DNA of 64,000 bases from NCBI GenBank assembly GCA_973895155.1, contig OZ316899.1, positions 4,343,241 through 4,407,240 of the forward strand, in the 5' to 3' direction. Below the pieces are notes generated by a model. It was given only the letters and a program-made list of their open reading frames with translations, did not search any database and was not told the DNA's origin. Origin of the DNA: Marsupella aquatica (Eukaryota; Plantae; Marchantiophyta). Every line of letters starts with the position of its first letter. Position 1 is the stretch's first letter. The translations under genes and the position numbers were made by a program. Shown here piece by piece: positions 13,301 through 26,100 of the stretch.

Positions 13301-14432
13301 CCTTAGAGAGGGGCTCGCCCTGAGCTTCCTTAAGAGCAAATTTCTTCTTCAGGTCCTTGAATTGGTCTGCAATGCAATATTAGCAGCGGATAGAATATAA
13401 GTGCAGGCATCCAGCATCATGTTCTTTGAATACCAGGCTGCCTTCCGCACGTTTGCCATCTTTTGCTGGAAAAGTTTGTAATTCTCAGTGTCGATGATAT
13501 CCTTGTAAACGGACAAGTCATTGTTCAGAATCTTCTGGATGCGTTCAGCATCCAAAACCCAGGAGTTCTCTACATGACATTGAGTTAACTTGCCACAACA
13601 TTCTCATGTTAGCAAGATCGCTAGCTGAAAGTGATATGGTAAAATAGGAATAGCTGAAAGATATTATCCTGAGAACTCGCAGCTGTTCAATGCGTGCATT
13701 ACCAACTTGATCTGAACAAAAGAGTTTTTTTCACCCTTGAAAATCTTGCAGACAACTCGAGGATGGTACTTAAGTTGGCCCCACGAATACAATTGATGGT
13801 TTCCATCAAAAACACATAACATTTTGTCATTGAGGATCTGGTAAGAAACATGAGAATCACATTCGCGTTCAAACTCCTTGTTCTGCAACACCCAAATATC
13901 ATCCCAAGTTTTGAGGATGGCATCGGTACACATGGATTTCTCCATCCTCGTTTGTCATCTGAACGTAAAAGTGAGGCGCATCTTTGATGTAACCCTATGT
14001 TCTGAACTCGGACTTCAATGTGTCTATTGCAGTGGAATCCTTTTGCAAAGACCAAACAATTTGCATGTTCCTCATTCGGTAGAGAGGAATTCAAGGGGGA
14101 GCCAATGAAAATCCAAACTCATTCACTCCGAATGAGTGAAGATGACGATTTATGACAACCGTGTAAGGTTCCAAAGTGCTCGGAGTGAACATAGGAGCCA
14201 CAACATCTAACGTTGTCACCATCTTGTGTCGCCTAGGAGTCTTCAAGCCCACTACAAGCGCCTTCTTGTTAGCTATCAACCTGGTTTCTCTCCTTGTCGA
14301 CTCCCTCGACTGAAATGATCCTCTCAAAGAAATACTTTCGGGAGACAACGATGACTCCATGAAATAAACCCCTTCAGAGAAGAGTGGTCGTGTCCGAAGA
14401 CTGCAACAGTTGCACGCGTGAAGAACGTCCAC
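10330..14432 (-). pseudogene. Multi-exon gene: ParB-like N-terminus (CVFDGNH) and beta-class N4/N6 DNA-MTase-like C-terminus, copy 1
   Basis: KMLCVFDGNHQLYSW (ORF 13664-13945); MRPMLSDDGYVVVLHS (motif VI-like); EFLTKPKDIVLDWTVCDGSSFSAGENSGRFVVSVED (motif I/II-like). Probable introns near 11220-11450 and 13560-13680. Stops and frameshifts are present. Confidence 0.7.
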
Positions 14433-15100
14433 ACCGCACCGCCTTTAGGAGAAATAGGACAGCCGTACAAACTGTTAGGAACTCCTGACAAAGCCTTACA
14501 CAGTTACAATAGTGAATACTGACACCGATTGATAGTACAATGGTCCAAGAAGGATTAGCAGAAATCTCCTAGCAGAGACCACTAGTTGTACTTTTTGGAA
14601 AACCCAAAGAACAACCTTCACGATAGGGATAATCTTATCCATACAAAACGGTACAGGTGTCAACCGTAATTTGTATCATTGACATTATGGTACCCATTGA
14701 CTATTCCCAACGGAATCCTAACGGTAAAATTTGTAAACATTGGATTTCCTTTTTGGCTAGCGATATCGCTGGCATAAAAGCCATGATACAGATCTCCTTC
14801 AAAAGAGGTCAAAATCAATGGGACATTTGTCCCAAAATATGCATACCCAAGCTAGCAAGATCGATAGCATGGGAACCGTCCCAATACATTGAGTAAAAGA
14901 CAAAATAACGGTCAAATCAACGGGAACTATCTGACAATTTGGTCGATGTGTTGTTTTTGTTGGGATGAACAAAGTTTTGGTCCTCCAAATAAGAGTTGTA
15001 TGGACGATTCAAAACATAGTCGTTTTATTTTTTGTATCCTGAGAAGAGATGATCTCAATGAATTCCAAGGTGGTTTTGGAGCGTAGAATCATGGGAGACC

Positions 15101-15648
15101 GTGGTTGTACTGCCAAGTATCCCTGGTTCGTTGGAGGTGAGGGTGATAGAGTCATTACTTGCAACTTGTTTTGGAATACCAAAAGATGACCTCATCATGA
15201 AGTTGTTTGAGTTGTATTCTCAAAATGGAACACGGAGTCACGAGTTGAGAGAGGACAGTAGTACTTCCCCCAAAGTCTGGACACTGAAGGTTGGATCTTA
15301 TATCAAGGTTCTGTCCAGTAAAGATGACTTTCCTGATGTCATTCTGGAACCGGTGGATTTAGCTCCCGGTAATCAAACTCCTATGATCAATCTTTGGATG
15401 CCTCCCAAAGACATAGCTCCAGATGTCATTGAAATATCTCCAGATAGTCTAAGGCAGGACACATCTTGTGGGTCGGTGGTTCCAAACCCAAAGGGTTAGC
15501 GACAAAATTGATTCAAAGGACTGGGGATAGCATGACCACAGTGTATCAGATGAGTGCTTATGACGCTTTTCTCAATATCAGTGGAGCAAGTGAACTTGCA
15601 CAATTTAGAAGAGGGAATCAATGGAATGAATGTTAGGCTTTGAGTCTG
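15101..15648 (+). pseudogene. MULE transposase copy 1, 5' part
   Basis: Homologous to 46845-47410 (e.g. YQMSAYDAFLNISGASELAQFRRGNQW vs YRVSAYDAFLNITGSSELENFRRGNDW). Cut by the solo LTR at 15649. Confidence 0.75.
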
Positions 15649-18600
15649 TGTGGTGCGTCCCATGGCTCCCTAAACCCAAGAAACCCCCTAGCTCAAGCCG
15701 ATTCCCGCAGGTTTCGCGCTTGGCGAGGCCGTTTCCGCGGCTTAGCGGCATGGGACGCTGCTAACCTTCTACTACTACTATTAACATTTTACACACATAT
15801 ACTGGACAGATCCTTCATCGGGTCATGAGATACGTAGCCGGCCTAATCTAGGCCTTCCCTTGTCTTCCCCTCCGTCTTGTTAGGTATGATTGGATTCCGC
15901 CGCCGGAATGATCCCCAATAGGCTTGGTTAAGCCGCTAAGACCTCTCTCAGCTCGACACATCCAACTCTCACTCCCCTGCTTACTTTCCTTCCTTCTGTT
16001 AGTTGATGTGGGCACTCTTCACACAAGTTAATGCGACACACAAATAGCAAAATGACTCCTTCTGACTGAGTCATACCATGCACTTGCCATACAAACAGTA
16101 CATCTCATACACAAGCTCTGCGAACTAAGCCGTGAGGCCAACTCTATTCAGCTCTTAGGCATGAGGAAACATGAATATACACAAGGGTCACTGTATGACT
16201 AACCGAGAGCTTCCCTTACTACTCGATCCCAGCCCGGCTGGTGCAAACTAAAAACTTGCTAAAGAAGAGGCCCTGAGCTCCCCGCTGCCCAGGTACTTAT
16301 CCTGGTAGTGGATCCGCCTAATTCTTTGCAGCGTAAGCCTAATCTATCCTACCTGTAATCTACCTAACTGTACAGCGAGGCAGGAGCACAAGTGTTGCTC
16401 CTGCCAGTGGAACCGCAATCCCACTAAGCTAAGTGTCAGGGCCGCTCCTGGTCCTGATCCTAATCCTAAACTTGGAGATCAGCGCCCGCCCTGCCCACTC
16501 ACGCCTCCTCCCTCCACGTCCGCCCTTCCTAAAAGGAACGGCGCCCTTGCACCATCATGACACCGGTGGTGGATCCTCAATGGACGCCCCCAACGCTTCC
16601 TCCTCAGCCACTGCCGTAGGTTCGTTTTCTGATAGATTACTTGCCCTTGACTGAGTCAACTCTCCATTGGCCTGACTGGGTCCACCATCGGCATCGGCTC
16701 GGGAATCATTCTCGGCTATGGCCTCAGCCTCGGCTATGGTCTCCCCGGCCTGCTCAAGAGGCGGATCTGGGATACCGGCCTCATTACTGAGTAGTTCGGC
16801 TTGGGCCGCACCATCCCCACCTTTGATGATAGCGGGACCTATTGCCGTGTTCATGCCGGAGGTTGGTGCTGGGTCTACCTCCTTGGTCACGGCCTGTGGA
16901 GTCGGATTACTCCTTGACCCTGAAGGTTTCCGCTTCTTCTTCTTTTCTGGTTCGGCAGCTGGTCCCTTCCCCTTCCCACTTACTTCCGGCACTGGTGCAG
17001 GTGGCGCGGCTTGTTCTTCGGCCAGTACCACTCCTGGTAACTTGGTTGCCCCAATTGGAGTTGGGCCTGATGAAGACAAGCACTTAAATACTGCGGCTTG
17101 TTTCTTCAGCCGCTCTGTTTGGTTGTCGGCCCGCCGCTGGAGGTTCTCCATCTTCCTCGTGATTTCCTCCAACTCCTCCTGGGTCTCATCCAGGTCCTTG
17201 CGCGCCTCCTATAGTTCTTCTGGGCTTCCTCCCGTTCCCTGTGGGCTTCCTCCAGTTCTTTCTTCAAGGTAGCCCTCTCCTCCCGGGTTGCTCTTAGCTC
17301 CTTGTCGAGCTCTGCAATGATGACAGACTCCATCTGGTTCATCTTGGCGTAAGTCTGATCGAGCATCTCGTCCTTCTCCCGTAGGTCGGCCTTGAAGTTG
17401 GCCGTCAGGGACGCAAGCTCCTGCTGCAGCGCCATAATCCCTTGATAGGATTTCCCTAACTCGGCCTCCTTCTGCTCAAGGGCTCCTCGAATTTTCTCGA
17501 GCTCCCCCTTCAACGCCCATTCCTTTCTTTGGGTCTCCGCCATGGCCCGGTTGTTGGATGTTATGTGGGCCTCCTCTGCATTCCTCAGCTCCTTCTTCCA
17601 TTTCTCCCTGTCCTTGATTGCGTCGGCCAATTCTCCTTGGGTCCGCGTTAGTAGATTCTCGATCATCCGATTATCAGATTGTGCGGTATCCAACTGGCCC
17701 TGCATGATATTTAGCTCATGCCGCTTAATCCGCAGCTCATCTTGGGCTTTCTTGGCCACCCTCAGGTCCTTGATTTCAGCTTCCCTTTCCCTAAGCCGAC
17801 GGATGACCTCGTCCTTCTTGCTTCTTTCCAAGGCCACCGCTTCTTCTAATTGGCGCTTCTCCAACATCTCCCTCTGGAAAAAGGGTCCCTGCTCCAACTC
17901 CTCCCCAAATATGTTGAGCGCCAATTCTCCACACATCTCCCCGTACTCCATGGCTCTGTCCTTAGCATAGGTGGAGGAAGTAGAAGTCATCGGCATCATC
18001 CACCGCGGCCTCTGCTCCCAAGCCGTCTTGCGGATCTCTTCAATCGTGGCTAGAGGTTTGCTTCCTTTTTTGGCTAGCCGCTTGATGTCCTTCGGCCAAT
18101 CTCCTCTTGGCAAATCCTTTTCTCTAGCCAGGGCTGCCTCCTGTTCCTGCCTGATTTGCTCCTGAAATTCCTGCGCCGTCTGTTTTATGCCGTCAAAGCT
18201 CGGGGGAGCAACATCTGGTGGGGGAGACTCAGGGCTACTCTGCTGGTTGGGGTCCCCTCGTACTACCCTTGGAAGTGTGGGGATAAACCGGCCACAGGTC
18301 CTTACTCCTGGAACGTGATGGTCTGACCCATAGCCGGAGTTATCATGGCTGCAGTCCTCCACTGCCTCCTCTACTTCTTGGACTTCCGGCTTCTCCCTCT
18401 CCTCTTCGTCCGTAGGAGCTTCAGGCAATTCTGCCTCAGATTCAGAGCTTGAGACTCCCACGTACATTCGAACACCCGGCTTGGATTCTGGCCTGATTCT
18501 CTCCTTGTCTCCAGTAAAGGGGTTTTCCCTTGTAAGCCGGTGTAGGCCTACCTCTGCAGTAGTGTCCTGCATTGTTGCCGTTGCCGTTGTCGTTGCCGAT

Positions 18601-20322
18601 GCCGATCTCTTTTCTTTCTCCAGTAGTTTCAGCAGATTCTGCATGCTTGGTTGCTGCATCGGCAAGTCCTCCATCGTTGACCTAAACACCTGCTCGATCG
18701 TAGGGCTAACAGGTGGTTGAGGCTTCTCTGCTACCGGCCTCGGTGCTGGAGCTTCCTCGGGTGCCCTTACCTGCAGGGGAAGTACTGGGGCAAAGGTCTG
18801 ACCTCTGGCATACCGGCACAACAGCGGCATGTGATAGCCAAGCCGCAACACGCTCCCCATGCCGATTACCTGCTGCTCCTCCTTTAAGATCTTCTTCAAT
18901 TGGTTGAGGAGGTACCCGTTGTAGTCCCGGCTTGGGTCTGGCCTCTCTGCCAGATAGACCTGTGCCTTGCCGATCTCTGCCCTCGGCAAGTTACAGTGCA
19001 TGGTCACCCGCAAGAAGTCGATCATCTCTCCTATGTGTGGGTTGGTGCAGGTGTTCCGGAAGAAGCCATTCTTCGTTGATGGCCCGGGGAACGACCGGAA
19101 CTCCTTGTCAGGCAAGGTCTTCCTGGTATCAACTTTGGTCTTATTGCCTATTGGCAAGCCAAACACTTCGGCAATCACCTTGGGAGTAAGATAGAAATCC
19201 TTCCCATATATCCTCGTGCAATTGGTCTCGGGTTCCCATGACCCCACGAATTCTAATAGGTCTGAATCCGGCACCTCCGGCTTCAGCCATGGTAATCTTA
19301 CAAAGGCCTCTAAGCCGGATCCGGCCATGAAGCCTTGGTACTTCTTGGTCTGCATGGCCGTAAAGCATGCATCCTCCTCCCGTGCAAAATGTAGTTGCAC
19401 CTCCACCGGTAGGGTTGCCGCCCAGCCTTTCCAGGTGTCATCCCTGGTTGGAATGGCCTTGATGGGATCGACCTCCTCCTCTTCGGCTTCTCCTTGCCTC
19501 CTGCTCTGCTGCTTAGCTGGCTTCTTTGGTGCCGCCGACCTCGTTCTTTTTGCCGGGGTGGCTTCATCGTTGACGGCTCCCTTCCTCTTCATCTTTGCTG
19601 CCGTGGAGGTTTCTCCTAGCACCGTTGCCTGGGTCCACCTTTCCGTGCTACCCTTTAATTCCCAGTGTATGTCGTTGCAGTTCTTGATGGCGTCTCGAAT
19701 GCCGATGATGCTGTCTTTGCAAAACAGAAGATCGTCAAGCTGATTGGAAGTAGGAGTCCACAAGAACTCGTCCTTGATGAGTTCGCCTCCTAAGAAAGCT
19801 GTCTTCTATAGCTCCCACAATCGAGCGAGCTCCTGCCGTTCTTGAGCTGCCCTTTCTGATTCCTCGTCCTCGTAAGTCTTGATGTACTCAGTTGCCCGTT
19901 CGAACAGGCATCCCCAAAAATATGCCGCTTGATTGACGTTGCTCATACCCTCCCTAGGTCGATCGTCGGTATCTATTCTCTCCCCGAGTGCTTGCCTAAG
20001 CAGCTGACAGTAGTTGGCCTCCCGTAGTCGTCTGCCTAGTTTGTGCTCACAAATGAGCCACCATCTCCTGCAAGCGCTCCTTACCCCTCTCCTCTTCCAG
20101 TCCTTCCTCCCGTTGATCCTTCCTAGCCGCCGACGCTTAACGCGCCCTAACCCTAATCGAGTTTTCACCCCCAGCGTCCTTACCTCCGGCCTCGGCCCAG
20201 GTTCCATGGTCGCCCCTAATTGTTTATATTTTCCTTGTTTTGTCCCTATACTAAGGTGTTTCTAGGGTGCATTCCTGCTTTACCCACTTAACTGGCCGAG
20301 TGATTCCTATCTAGGCATCACA
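15649..20322 (-). mobile_element. Solo LTR, family A (4674 bp)
   Basis: Reverse complement of the 22809-27468 LTR from TGTGATGCC to GCACCACA, with a perfect 5-bp TSD GTCTG (15644-15648 / 20323-20327). Joining the flanks restores the transposase reading ..LSLPSTYNGNVVFELPPVEG. Confidence 0.95.
16555..19949 (-). pseudogene. LTR-encoded PMD-like/coiled-coil ORF, disrupted copy
   Basis: Highly similar to the 1121-aa protein. It has a CAG>TAG stop at 19806 and a frameshift near 17215. The C-terminal low-complexity region differs. Confidence 0.9.
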
Positions 20323-22334
20323 GTCTGCCATCAACATACAATGGTAATGTTGTTTTTGAACTTCCTCCAGTCGAGGGCGTCGGGCATGGAGGAGGTCTCC
20401 AAGATATGGATCGAGAGAAGGACGGCTATCCTTGGACTAGACTTGTCACTACATCTGCAAATTTGAAGCCAAGGTTTCATTGGGCTGTGTCAAAAGTCCG
20501 TTGCGCTGACATTCTTGAATGCCATAATTTGGGTTGCCGGAAGTTGAAACATACTAGAGTGAAAAATGATTGCGCTTTCAGAGGGAAAGGGTTGCTGACT
20601 GACATCTTTTGTCTTGGAGAGCAAGTGAGTGAGGCCAGACTTGTCTGTGGCTTCTATGAAGAGAGGCCTTTCTGTATTCAAGATTTCCCGGCAAAATTGT
20701 TGTATGTATACCCTAAGCCAGGTTTGGAGAGTCACATTTCAATGCATATGTCCAGATTGGCTGTGCATATGGGATTCCATTACCACCCCGTTTGGAAGGG
20801 AAAATCTTGTTCTACAAGAAAAACAGCGGAAGATGTTGTTTTAGGGGTCCATAGGTTGAATCCAGTCTCAACTCCTGCACGTCTGAGAAACCAGTCAATT
20901 GGGAACCTAATCTCCCTATTGCATCCAGAATCATTGGCTCAGTTGTCGAGAGAAGAACATAAAGAAATTTGGAGTTTGATTGGAGTGGTTTCGACCACTC
21001 CAAAGTTCCAAGCTATTCTTCGCAGTGTGAAGATGGATAATCCCAAAAAAGGAGAACTTGACTCACTTTGTGAAATGCAATCACGTAATAATTTCCCTTT
21101 CATGCAAAGGTACCTGTTTCCTGGTCAAGGAAATAGGAATGATCGAGCGCATGTATTCAAAATGAGTACAAATGGTCCTGGATCTGGTGTGGAAATTTTA
21201 AGGAGCATGGAGTCTGGAGGAGTTTTGGAAGGTTCTTGGGTGAGTTTTGACGTGATGCATCGTATCACTACTGGATGGTTGAACTTCAGCGCACACGTGT
21301 ATGACCATAATTACCGCGCTCTATGTACAATTTTCACTTGTGAGTTGAGAGTCGAAGACACAAAGTCGCTTGAGACTACGTGGAGGTTAATGGTAGATGT
21401 CGCATCCGAGAATGGAGTGAATAATCCCATTATTGGAGGATTCATAGCAGACAATGCGGAGGCTGGCTGGATTGCTGTCCAAAGGGTATTTTTGGGGGGT
21501 GTCAAAAATCCAATGAAAGAGCATAGTGATGCTTTCCATTTCTCTCAATCCCTCGAAAGACACACTTTGGAGGGAATCAAGGAGGGATGTCATGCAGAGC
21601 ATTATAAGATGTGGGAGAAGTTAAGAATTGCTCCAACATACGTCAAAGCATATCGTATAGCCGACAACATTCAAAAATGGTGGAAAGAAGGGAATTGTCA
21701 CCCTTCCAAGCTTAAATCACTCCAAGGGTGGATTTCATGGTGGGTTGTGCGGTGGAGACAATGGGGTAACTTTATTCGGGTGGTAAGTACTAGGCCATTA
21801 TCTGTGATGCATTAAAGCTAGCAAGATCGCTAGCAATAATACTTCTTTTTGTAAAGGTTTTTCTGTCACTGACTCAAACATGAGTATGCCTCAAGCTAGA
21901 TATGTCGCTAGTGAATACAAGTGTTAACTCTGTTTATTTTCCAGACACAGATTGCGAAGGAGTTTGCTTTGATGCCAAACTGTGCGGGAGCTGAATCTTC
22001 TCATGCATCAATGCGTTCCTGCCAGCCAAAGAAGAAAATTGGTTTGATGGAAGCCTGTGAAGTTGACCAGAATCGAGCAGCTGGACAGATTGCAGCATTC
22101 ACTGCATACTTGGAAGGGTGTCATCGTGGCAATGGTCCTACAATATTTGAGCTGGCCTATAGAAATGCAGATACAATGGGGTTGTTGGATGCCTATGAGA
22201 AGGCATCCAATCTACTATTTGAATCCTTTGGAAAATATGAGTTCTATAGAACAGTGCCTTTACATGGAGATCTTAGAACAACGTCAAGAAAAAGGGAGGT
22301 GTTCTATGTTGCGAGCAAACAGGAGTTTTGCTAG
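20323..22334 (+). pseudogene. MULE transposase copy 1, Zn-finger and DDE core
   Basis: Cys/His-rich GCM/WRKY-like region (CADILECHNLGC..C..C..HMGFHYH); VSFDVMH (D1), FIADNAEAGW (D2), DAFHFSQSL (CxxH equivalent), GAESSHASM (E). Intron about 21783-21945. Diverges from copy 2 at about 22296. Confidence 0.8.
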
Positions 22335-22639
22335 CGAGGCAACCAGGCTAGCGAGGCAACTTTCTGGGTACCTTCAGGGTAGATAAGGTGGATTCCCAAG
22401 TAAGATTGTGGATATATATTGTGAAACAGTTATGAGAAAGGATAATGCAGATACAGAAATATCCACAACCAAAAAACTTGAGATCTTCACAACACTGAAC
22501 TGAATGAAAAGGCATTATCACTATCAACAACACCAGTTCAAAAAACCTTTCACAATCCACCTTTAATAAAGCTTTGTAATGACAAATATGTTCTGGAATG
22601 AGATTGCATGTGAAATTGACCATTAGTCATTGAGAATCC

Positions 22640-22808
22640 TCTAATTCCAAATCATCTGAGGAATTACTAAGATTGCTACTTGATTCCCTATGAGTCTCCT
22701 TAGCCAAATTGTCAACATACTATGCTACAGTACTAGCCCCATCATCTATGAACTGAGGGCAGTAAAGGGCTTTCCGAGCACCCCTCATTGACCGCAGACC
22801 TTTCCCCT
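22640..22808 (-). pseudogene. 3' fragment of ParB/MTase-like gene copy 2 (left flank of the Ty3 insertion)
   Basis: ttccgagcacccctcattgaccgcagacctttcccct matches 10475-10510 (ttcgagcacctctcattgattgaagacctttcgcct). Confidence 0.65.
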
Positions 22809-22902
22809 TGTGATGCCTAGACAGGAATCACTCGGCCGGTTAAGTGGGTAAAGCAGGAAGGCACCCTAGGAACACCTTAGTATAGTGACAAAACAAGGAA
22901 AA

Positions 22903-22908
22903 TATAAA
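22903..22908 (+). promoter_or_regulatory. Candidate TATA box upstream of the LTR-encoded ORF
   Basis: TATAAA 95 nt into the LTR, also present in the solo copy and the 3' LTR. Analogous TATA boxes occur in family B (42520-42526, - strand) and family C (8978-8985, - strand). Confidence 0.4.
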
Positions 22909-23181
22909 CAATTAGGGGCAACCATGGAACCCGGGCCGAGGCCGGAGGTAAGGCTAAGGGTGAAAACCCGATTAGGGTTAGGGCGCGTTAAGCGTCGGCG
23001 GCTAGGAAGGATCAACGGGAAGAAGGACCGGCAAAGGAGAGGGGTAAGGAGCGCTTGCAGGAAATAGTGGCTCATTTGCGAGCACGAACTAGGCAGACGA
23101 CTACGGGAGGCCAACTACTGTCAGCTGCTTAGGCAAGCACTCGGGGAGAGAGTAGATACCGACAATCAACCTAAGGAGGGT

Positions 23182-26100
23182 ATGAGCAACGTCAATCAAG
23201 CGGCACATTTCTGGGGATGCCTGTTCGAACGGGCAACTGAGTACATCAAGACTTACGAGGACGAGGAATCAGAAAGGGCAGCTAGAGAACGGCAGGAGCT
23301 CGCTCGATTGTGGGAGCTGCAGAAGACGGCTTTCTTAGGAGGCGAACTCATCAAGGACGAGTTCCTGTGGACGCCTACTTCCAATCAACTCGACGATCTT
23401 CTGTTTTGCAAAGACAGCGTCGTCGGCATCCGAGAGGCCATCAAGAACTGCAACGACATACACTGGGAATTAAAGGGTAGCACGGAAAGGTGGACCCAGG
23501 CAACGGTGCTAGGAGAAACCTCCACGGCAGCAGAGATGAAGAGGAAGGGAGCCGTCAACGATGAAGCCACCCCGGCAAAAAGAACGAGATCGGCGGCACC
23601 AAAGAAGCCAGCCGAGCAGCAGAGCAGGAGGCAGGGAGAAGCCGAAGAAGAGGAGGTCGATCCCATCAAGGCCATTCCAACCAGGGATGACACCTGGAAG
23701 GGCTGGGCGGCAACCCTACCGGTGGAGGTGCAACTACATTTTGCACGGGAGGAGGATGCATGCTTTACGGCCATGCAGACCAAGAAGTACCAAGGCTTCA
23801 TGGCCGGATCCGGCTTGGAGGCCTTTGTAAGATTACCATGGCTGAAGCCGGAGGTACCGGAGTCAGACCTATTAGAATTCGTGGGGTCATGGGAACCCGA
23901 GACCAATTGCACGAGGATATATGGGAAGGATTTCTATCTTACTCCCAAGGTAATTGCCGAAGTGTTTGGCCTGCCGATAGGCAATAAGACCAAAGTTGAT
24001 ACCAGGAAGACCTTGCCTGACAAGGAGTTCCGGTCGTTCCCCGGGCCATCAACGAAGAATGGCTTCTTCCGGAACACCTGCACCAACCCGCACATAAGAG
24101 AGATGATCGACTTCTTGCGGGTGACCATGCATTGTAACTTGCCGAGGGCAGAGATCGGCAAGGCACAGGTCTATCTGGCAGAAAGGCCAGACCCAAGCCG
24201 GGACTACAACGGGTACCTCCTCAACCAATTGAAGAAGATCTTAAAGGAGGAGCAGCAGGTAATCGGCATGGGGAGCATGTCGCGGCTTGGCTATCACATG
24301 CCGCTGTTGTGCCGGTATGCCAGAGGTCAGACTTTTGCCCCGGTACTTCCCCTGCAGGTAAGGGCACCCGAGGAAGCTCCAACGCCGAGGCCGTTGGCTG
24401 AGAAGCCTCAACCACCTGTTAGTCCTACGATCGAGCAGGTGTTTAGGCCCAGGAAGGAGGACTTGCCGATGCAGCAACCAGGCATGCAGAGTCTGCTGAA
24501 ACTACTGGAGAAAGAAAAGAAATCGGCATCGGCAACAACAACGGCAACGGCAACAATGCAGGACACTACTACAGAGGTAGGCCTACACCGGCTCACAAGA
24601 GAAAACCCCTTTGCTGGAGACAAGGAGAGAATCAGGCCGAAATCCAAGCCAGGTGTTCGAATGTACGTGGGAACCTCAAGCTCCGAATCTGAGGCAGAAT
24701 TGCCTGAAGCTCCTACCGACGAAGAGGAGAGGGAGAAGCCGGACGTCCAAGAGGTAGAGGAGGCAGTGGAGGACTGCAGCCATGATAATTCCGGCTATGG
24801 GTCGGACCATCACGTTCCAGGAGTAAGGACCTGTGGCCGGTTTGTCCCCACACTTCCAAGGGTAGTGCGAGGGGACCCCAACCAGCAGAGTAGCCCTGAG
24901 TCTCCCCCACCAGACGTTGCCCCCCCGAGCTTCGACGGCATAAAACAGACGGTGCAGGAATTTCAGGAGCGAATCAAGCAGGAAGAGGAGGCCGCCCTGG
25001 CTAAGGAAAAGGATTTACCAGGAGGAGATTGGCCGGAGGACATCAGGCGGCTAGCCGAAAAAGGAAGCAAACCTCTAGCCACGATTGAAGAGATCCGCAG
25101 GACGGCTTGGGAGCAGAGGCCACGATGGGCGATGCCGATCACTTCTACTTACTCCACCTACGCTAAGAATAGAGCCATGGAGTATGGTGAGATGTGTGGG
25201 GAACTTGCGCTCGGCATCTTTGGAGAGGAGTTGGAGGTAGGACCCTTTTTCCATAGGGAGCAGTTGGAGAAGCACCAATTAGAAGAAGCGGTGGCTTTAG
25301 AGAGAAGCAAGAAGGACGAGGTCATTCGGCGGCTTAGGAGGATGGAAGCCGAGATTGAAGATCTAAGGGCGGCCAAGAAAGCCCAAGATGAACTGCGGAT
25401 TAAACGACATGAGCTGAACATCATGCAGGGGCAGTTGGACACCGCGCAGGCTGATAATCAGAATATCAAGGATAAACTGACTCAGACGCAGGAAGAGTTG
25501 GCCGACACGATCAAAGAGAGGGAGAAGTGGAAGCAAGAGCTGAAGAATACAGAGGAGGCCCACATAACAGCCAACAGCCGGGCCATGGCGGAGACCCAAA
25601 GAAAGGAATGGGCGTTGAAAGGGGAGCTCGAGAAAATCCGCGGAGCCCTTGAGCAGAAGGAGGCCGAGTTAGGGAAATCCTATCAAGGGATTATGGCGCT
25701 GCAGCAGGAGCTTGCGTCCCTGACGGCCAGCTTCAAGGCCGACCTAAGGGAGAAGGACGAGATGCTCGAACAGACTTACGCCAAGATGAATCAGATGGAG
25801 TCTGTCATCATTGCAGAGCTCGACAAGGAGCTAAGAGCAACCCAGGAGGAGAGGGCTACCTTGAAGAAGGAATTGGAGGAAGCCCACAGGGAGCAGGAGG
25901 AGGCCAAAAACGAGCTGGAGGGGGCACGTAAGGACCTGGATGAAACCCAAGAGGAGTTGGAGGAAATCACGAGGAAGATGGAGAACCTACAGCGGCGGGC
26001 CGACAACCAAACTGAGCGGCTGAAGAAACAAGCCGCAGTATTTAAATGCTTAGCTGCAGCAGGTCCATCTCCCGTTGGGACAAACCAGTTACCAGGGGTG

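Larger units (their letters stand above)
9985..22295. mobile_element. MULE-like unit, copy 1 (transposase plus ParB/MTase-like gene), interrupted by a solo LTR
   Basis: Contains a decayed DDE transposase (+) and a divergent multi-exon gene (-). The putative left end GAGG..TGCGAG.AAACAGGAG is shared with 22296. No right TIR or TSD was found, so boundaries are inferred. Confidence 0.6.

Noticed and set aside
22972-22983. TTAGGGTTAGGG and TTAGGA repeats in LTRs as telomeric sequence
   Set aside because: Only 2-3 units; not distinguishable from low-complexity LTR sequence.
22924-23181. In-frame upstream extension (MEPGPRPEV...) of the LTR ORF, open in the solo copy but with TAG at 23065 in both young LTRs
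   Set aside because: The domain conserved across families begins right after Met 23182, and the candidate TATA (22903) is too close to ATG 22924. This is probably 5' UTR, not read-through.
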